A DNA stretch of 64,000 nucleotides. It comes from Eledone cirrhosa. Its lineage: Eukaryota. Below the pieces are notes generated by a model. That model saw nothing but the letters and a program-made list of their open reading frames with translations. It was not told the origin of the DNA and ran no database searches. The DNA lies in assembly GCA_964016885.1 (NCBI GenBank), contig OZ024743.1:18910001-18974000 (forward strand), given 5' to 3'. Shown here piece after piece: positions 57,540 through 64,000 of the stretch. Positions within the stretch are counted from its first letter, which is position 1, and each line of letters starts with the position of its first letter. The position numbers and the translations under genes are program-made.

Positions 57540-58572
57540 AAGCTCTTTCTTCTCTAATCTAGGATTTAGTATTACTATAGATTCTAATTTGACTAGGGCC
57601 AACTTCTTAGATGTCACTCTCGACCTAGATACTTCCCTCTATTACCCGTACCACAAACCTAACGAGTCCCTTAAATATATTAATGTTAATTCAAACCACC
57701 CCCAAAACATTACTGATAACCTAGTAAAAAGCGTCTCTATTAGAATATCTGGCCTCTCCGCCAACAAAGATATTTTTAATGCATCTGCCTCCTACTACAA
57801 TGACGCCCTAGCCCGTAGCGGATTTAAAGATAAGATAACTTACCTAGAAACCACCGCAAAATTGCAGAGGAGGAATAGACATAGGCAGATTAGCTGGTAC
57901 AACCCTCCCTTCAATAGAGAGGTATCTACTCCGATAGCTAGGATTTTCTTCACTTTACTGAAATTACACTTCCCCATACAACATAGGTACTACACCATCT
58001 TTAATAAGAATACTATAAGACTGTCTTACTCCACCACACCTAACCTAGCTAGGAATATAGCCAACCACAACTCTAAACTAAATACGCCAACCACCTCCGA
58101 AACCAATCCCCGGACTGGGGCTCTATGTAATTGCCTAAATAAGGAAACATGCCCACTAGAAAACAAATGCCTCACAAACGACATCGTATACAAATGCGAT
58201 GTCATCTCGGGCACCGAGGATTGCAAAAAAACTTACATCGGCATGACATCCAACACCTTTAAGACCCGCTGGTATGCCCATACCCACTCCTTCAGAAGAC
58301 CGGATAAATCAAACCAAACAACACTCGCCTCCTACGTTTGGGACCTCAAAAGGAACTCCACCCCCTTCACGCTTAATTGGAAAATACTCCAGAAAGCGCG
58401 CTCTTACGACGGAGGACACAAGGGCTGCGACCTTTGTATTTCAGAGAGTTACGAAATTTTATTCGCCAAGGGCCCGCTACTGAACAAACTCTCTGAACAC
58501 TGCCCGAACTGCATGCACAAGAACTTTGCAACATTCAAACACTTTAAGCCAGTGTTAAAGCCCGATGGCTAA
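57538..58572 (+). CDS. PLE ORF C-terminal half (late RT, thumb, Cys linker, GIY-YIG endonuclease); uninterrupted but 5'-truncated
   Basis: NFLDVTLDL...PYHKPN...SNHP; WYNPPF; [13 protein letters not shown]...VYKC...[16 protein letters not shown]...CDLCISE...LLN...CMH. The ATG at 57478 lies in the inverted repeat and is not the real start. Confidence 0.88.
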
Positions 58573-58739
58573 AAACGACCTCCCCCTATTGGCCCCTATA
58601 CCTCCTCCCCACCCTACCCCCACCCCTCCTCAACCTGAAATACGGCCACTATGGTCATGTGAGTACCTCTTTTGTATCTACTTTTTCTGCCTGTAGAGGT
58701 GTCTTTATGTGCCTGTGTATATGCGTATATTTACTGAGT

Positions 58740-61200
<2,461 letters not shown>

Positions 61201-61223
61201 TGGTTTTTTTTTTTTTTAGGTGT

Positions 61224-61257
<34 letters not shown>

Positions 61258-61708
61258 TGAATGTGTCTGTTGATTTGGCATATTGTTGATTAGTTTAAGA
61301 GAAGTTCGAGGATAATAGTAAGATATGCACTCAGTATTTTGAATCTGTCTGCAGAATTCCCTAGACCTTTGTCACTTAGCAGAACTTAATGACTTTAGCT
61401 TTTAAAGAATCTCCCTTTCCTTTAATTCTATCGAGCATGAATGACCCCCCACTGATTTTATAGACATCTGCTAGCTTAAGAGAAACTTATTGACAAGGAA
61501 TGGTATGCCATCCGGAACTTGTTTATAGATTTCTGTCTGCCTTTGTTACTCTAAAAACATAAATAAATATAATTTAACTATAGCTATGTAGAATTAGCCT
61601 TTAATGAATTCCCTTCTCTATCAACCAATGACCTGCACCCATCCCACTCCCCACCCTCTCCTACCACTTGTAGAGACCTATAAATACCATATTTATTTTT
61701 TGATACCC

Positions 61709-61759
61709 AGATTCCTGATGATTTCTAATGAATGAAACAGTTCTAGTCCTGTAGAATCT
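61709..61759 (+). ncRNA. Type I HHR near the PLE 3' end
   Basis: agattc CTGATGA t ttc-taat-gaa t GAAA cag-ttctagtc-ctg TA gaatct; ATTAAA just downstream. Confidence 0.85.
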
Positions 61760-61842
61760 CTTCTATATTAAAACTATTATACTCTGCTATGTATTGAGTA
61801 CCTTACTTACTGTGGTTACCTCCGATTCAACTCGGAATAACG

Positions 61843-61922
<80 letters not shown>

Positions 61923-62308
61923 TATATATATACATATATATTCATATGTATATACATATATATATATATACATAATAAAATATTTTTTCCTCGTACATAT
62001 TTTTCCCTTCGTTAATTTTCAAATTCTTTTAATTTATACATTATCTTCCAACGGTTTTCAACCTCTCTATGTAAAACAATATATCTTCTCTCAGTTATAA
62101 AAACTATCTCTTTCTCTCTATCACCCATCTCTCCCTCTCCACCTTCACTCTCATCTCCTCCCCTTTTTTCATCCTTTCCACCCCCACCCCCTCTCTAAAT
62201 AAAATATTTTTCCCAATATCACACATCAATCTAAAACTACTTTTCATATGTTGATTTAAAACTGTACTATCCACAAGTGTTTTTTAGCCTTCATATCATG
62301 TTCTCCTG

Positions 62309-62375
62309 TTTTATCTGATGAAAACAAAAATATTATTGCATGATGATGTTTGTTTTTGAAATGCGCATAATAAAA
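62309..62375 (+). ncRNA. Intact type I HHR (decayed relative at 55459-55525, -)
   Basis: ttttat CTGATGA aaac-aa-aaatattat-tgcatg-atgatgttt-gtttt-t GAAA tgcgca TA ataaaa. 62250-62400 is homologous to 55430-55565 in reverse orientation. Confidence 0.8.
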
Positions 62376-62405
62376 TACATGGAACTCCTTTAACCATCTT
62401 TTGAT

Positions 62406-62442
<37 letters not shown>

Positions 62443-63104
62443 GCGTTTCCATAGAGAAGCCTTACGTCATTAGGGAGTCTATTCTCAGCTAAGCTTCCAG
62501 GCAATGCGGGGACACTGGGAACTTATATAAAAATAATTCAGTGGATGGAAAAAAGCGAGCGGCGACTAGATTCCAAGACATTGAAAAATTCGCTGCCTAC
62601 TTGGTCAAGTGGTAAATTCAAAAGAATCAATGACGTGACACTGAGGTTAATCAGCTAGGAGTGGGGTGCTATTAAGACAGAGCCTAGCCACTACTATTAG
62701 TCACAGTAGTAATTTCGGCAAGTTTTGCTCAACAAATAATTTGGAGATAATTATAAAGAATTAGTATATTTACCAACATATGTATACAGATGCATACGTA
62801 TGCTAGCAAATATATATGTTTTGTCGTAGCAACTTTGTGGTTCTATGCAAGGGGATGCAGAACAATTATATGAAAGACGTAAATAAGAAAGTTATGAAAA
62901 TTGACTTACATACTAAAATTTCACTCCAACTAATTAGTTTCTTTAAGGGGATAAATATGTTTACGAAGCGTTTCCATAGAGAAGCCTTACGTCATCAGGG
63001 AGTCTATTCTCAGCTAAGCTTCCAGGCAATGCGGGGACACTGGGAACTTATATAAAACTATTTCAGTGGATGGAAAAAAGCGAGCGGGGACTAGATTCCA
63101 AGAC
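62443..63104 (-). mobile_element. Diverged subfamily of the 33.5-kb HHR tandem repeat (525-bp period)
   Basis: gcgtttccatagagaagcc at 62443 and 62968; collinear with 33511-34036; (TA)n on both sides. Confidence 0.85.
62923..63003 (-). ncRNA. Type I HHR with extended helix II
   Basis: actcc CTGATGA cg taagg...tatg..cttcg..cata...cctta aa GAAA ctaattag TT ggagt. Confidence 0.85.
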
Positions 63105-63136
63105 ATATGCATATATATAAACATATATATATATAC

Positions 63137-63202
<66 letters not shown>

Positions 63203-63204
63203 GC

Positions 63205-63300
<96 letters not shown>

Positions 63301-63309
63301 ATATATATA

Positions 63310-63374
<65 letters not shown>

Positions 63375-63485
63375 GCATATATATATATATATATATATGC
63401 ATATATATATATATGCATATATATATATATGCATATATATATATATGCATATATGTATATGCATATATGCATATATATATATATA

Positions 63486-63576
<91 letters not shown>

Positions 63577-63595
63577 ACACACATATATATATATT
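63105..63595. repeat. (TA)n-rich microsatellite
   Basis: Direct inspection. Confidence 0.95.
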
Positions 63596-64000
63596 GCCAA
63601 GACGTATTTGGATTTGGCACTTTTCCCATATAGGAAATCAATATTTTCTATATGTGTTGTATGAGTTGACTGAGTCAAACATCCTGAATATCTCCAGACG
63701 TATCCAATATACACACAGTAAAATTAGCTTTGCGGTCGCCCCTCAGAATGTATACTCATTAAAGGATACTATTACTGCAGAAGTAACCCGGTACAAGCTC
63801 ATCAAATATTTATTTTGGAAGGAAACAATCCCCTAATTAGAGATATTGATGGATCATAAAATGTGTTAGAACTTCAAATATTCAGTGAAATTCATTTATC
63901 ATATATATTCATGTGTTTCTTTCTATATGAAAGAAATACATGAGAGATTGAAAGAGAGATTGCGTTAGAGACAGACATAATTAGGTTTTAGATTTTTACG

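Noticed and set aside
57478-58572. Naiad/Chlamys-type (N-terminal endonuclease, selenoprotein) PLE
   Set aside because: The GIY-YIG domain is C-terminal to the RT and there is no in-frame TGA in the ORF.

Overview
AT-rich, microsatellite-dense eukaryotic DNA; I found no convincing host exon. The SINE tail and repeat landscape resemble a cephalopod/octopus genome, which is an inference. The window is dominated by retroelements: at least five Penelope-like element (PLE) coding remnants (RT thumb and/or GIY-YIG), plus remnants of Tx1/L1-like, RTE-like and CRE/R2-group LINEs, a non-autonomous Helitron and short SINE tails. The standout signal is about 20 type I hammerhead ribozyme (HHR) motifs from roughly 10 sequence families, about half with intact cores. 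Several sit in ORF-less partial tandem repeats of about 430-460, 525 and 1000 bp (retrozyme-like), and some have unusually long or branched helix II domains with compensatory changes between copies. Most multi-copy HHR and PLE insertions share one architecture: a head-to-head fold-back (inverted 5' copy) with the outer ends in or next to (TA)n. All structures were paired by eye and none has been tested for activity.
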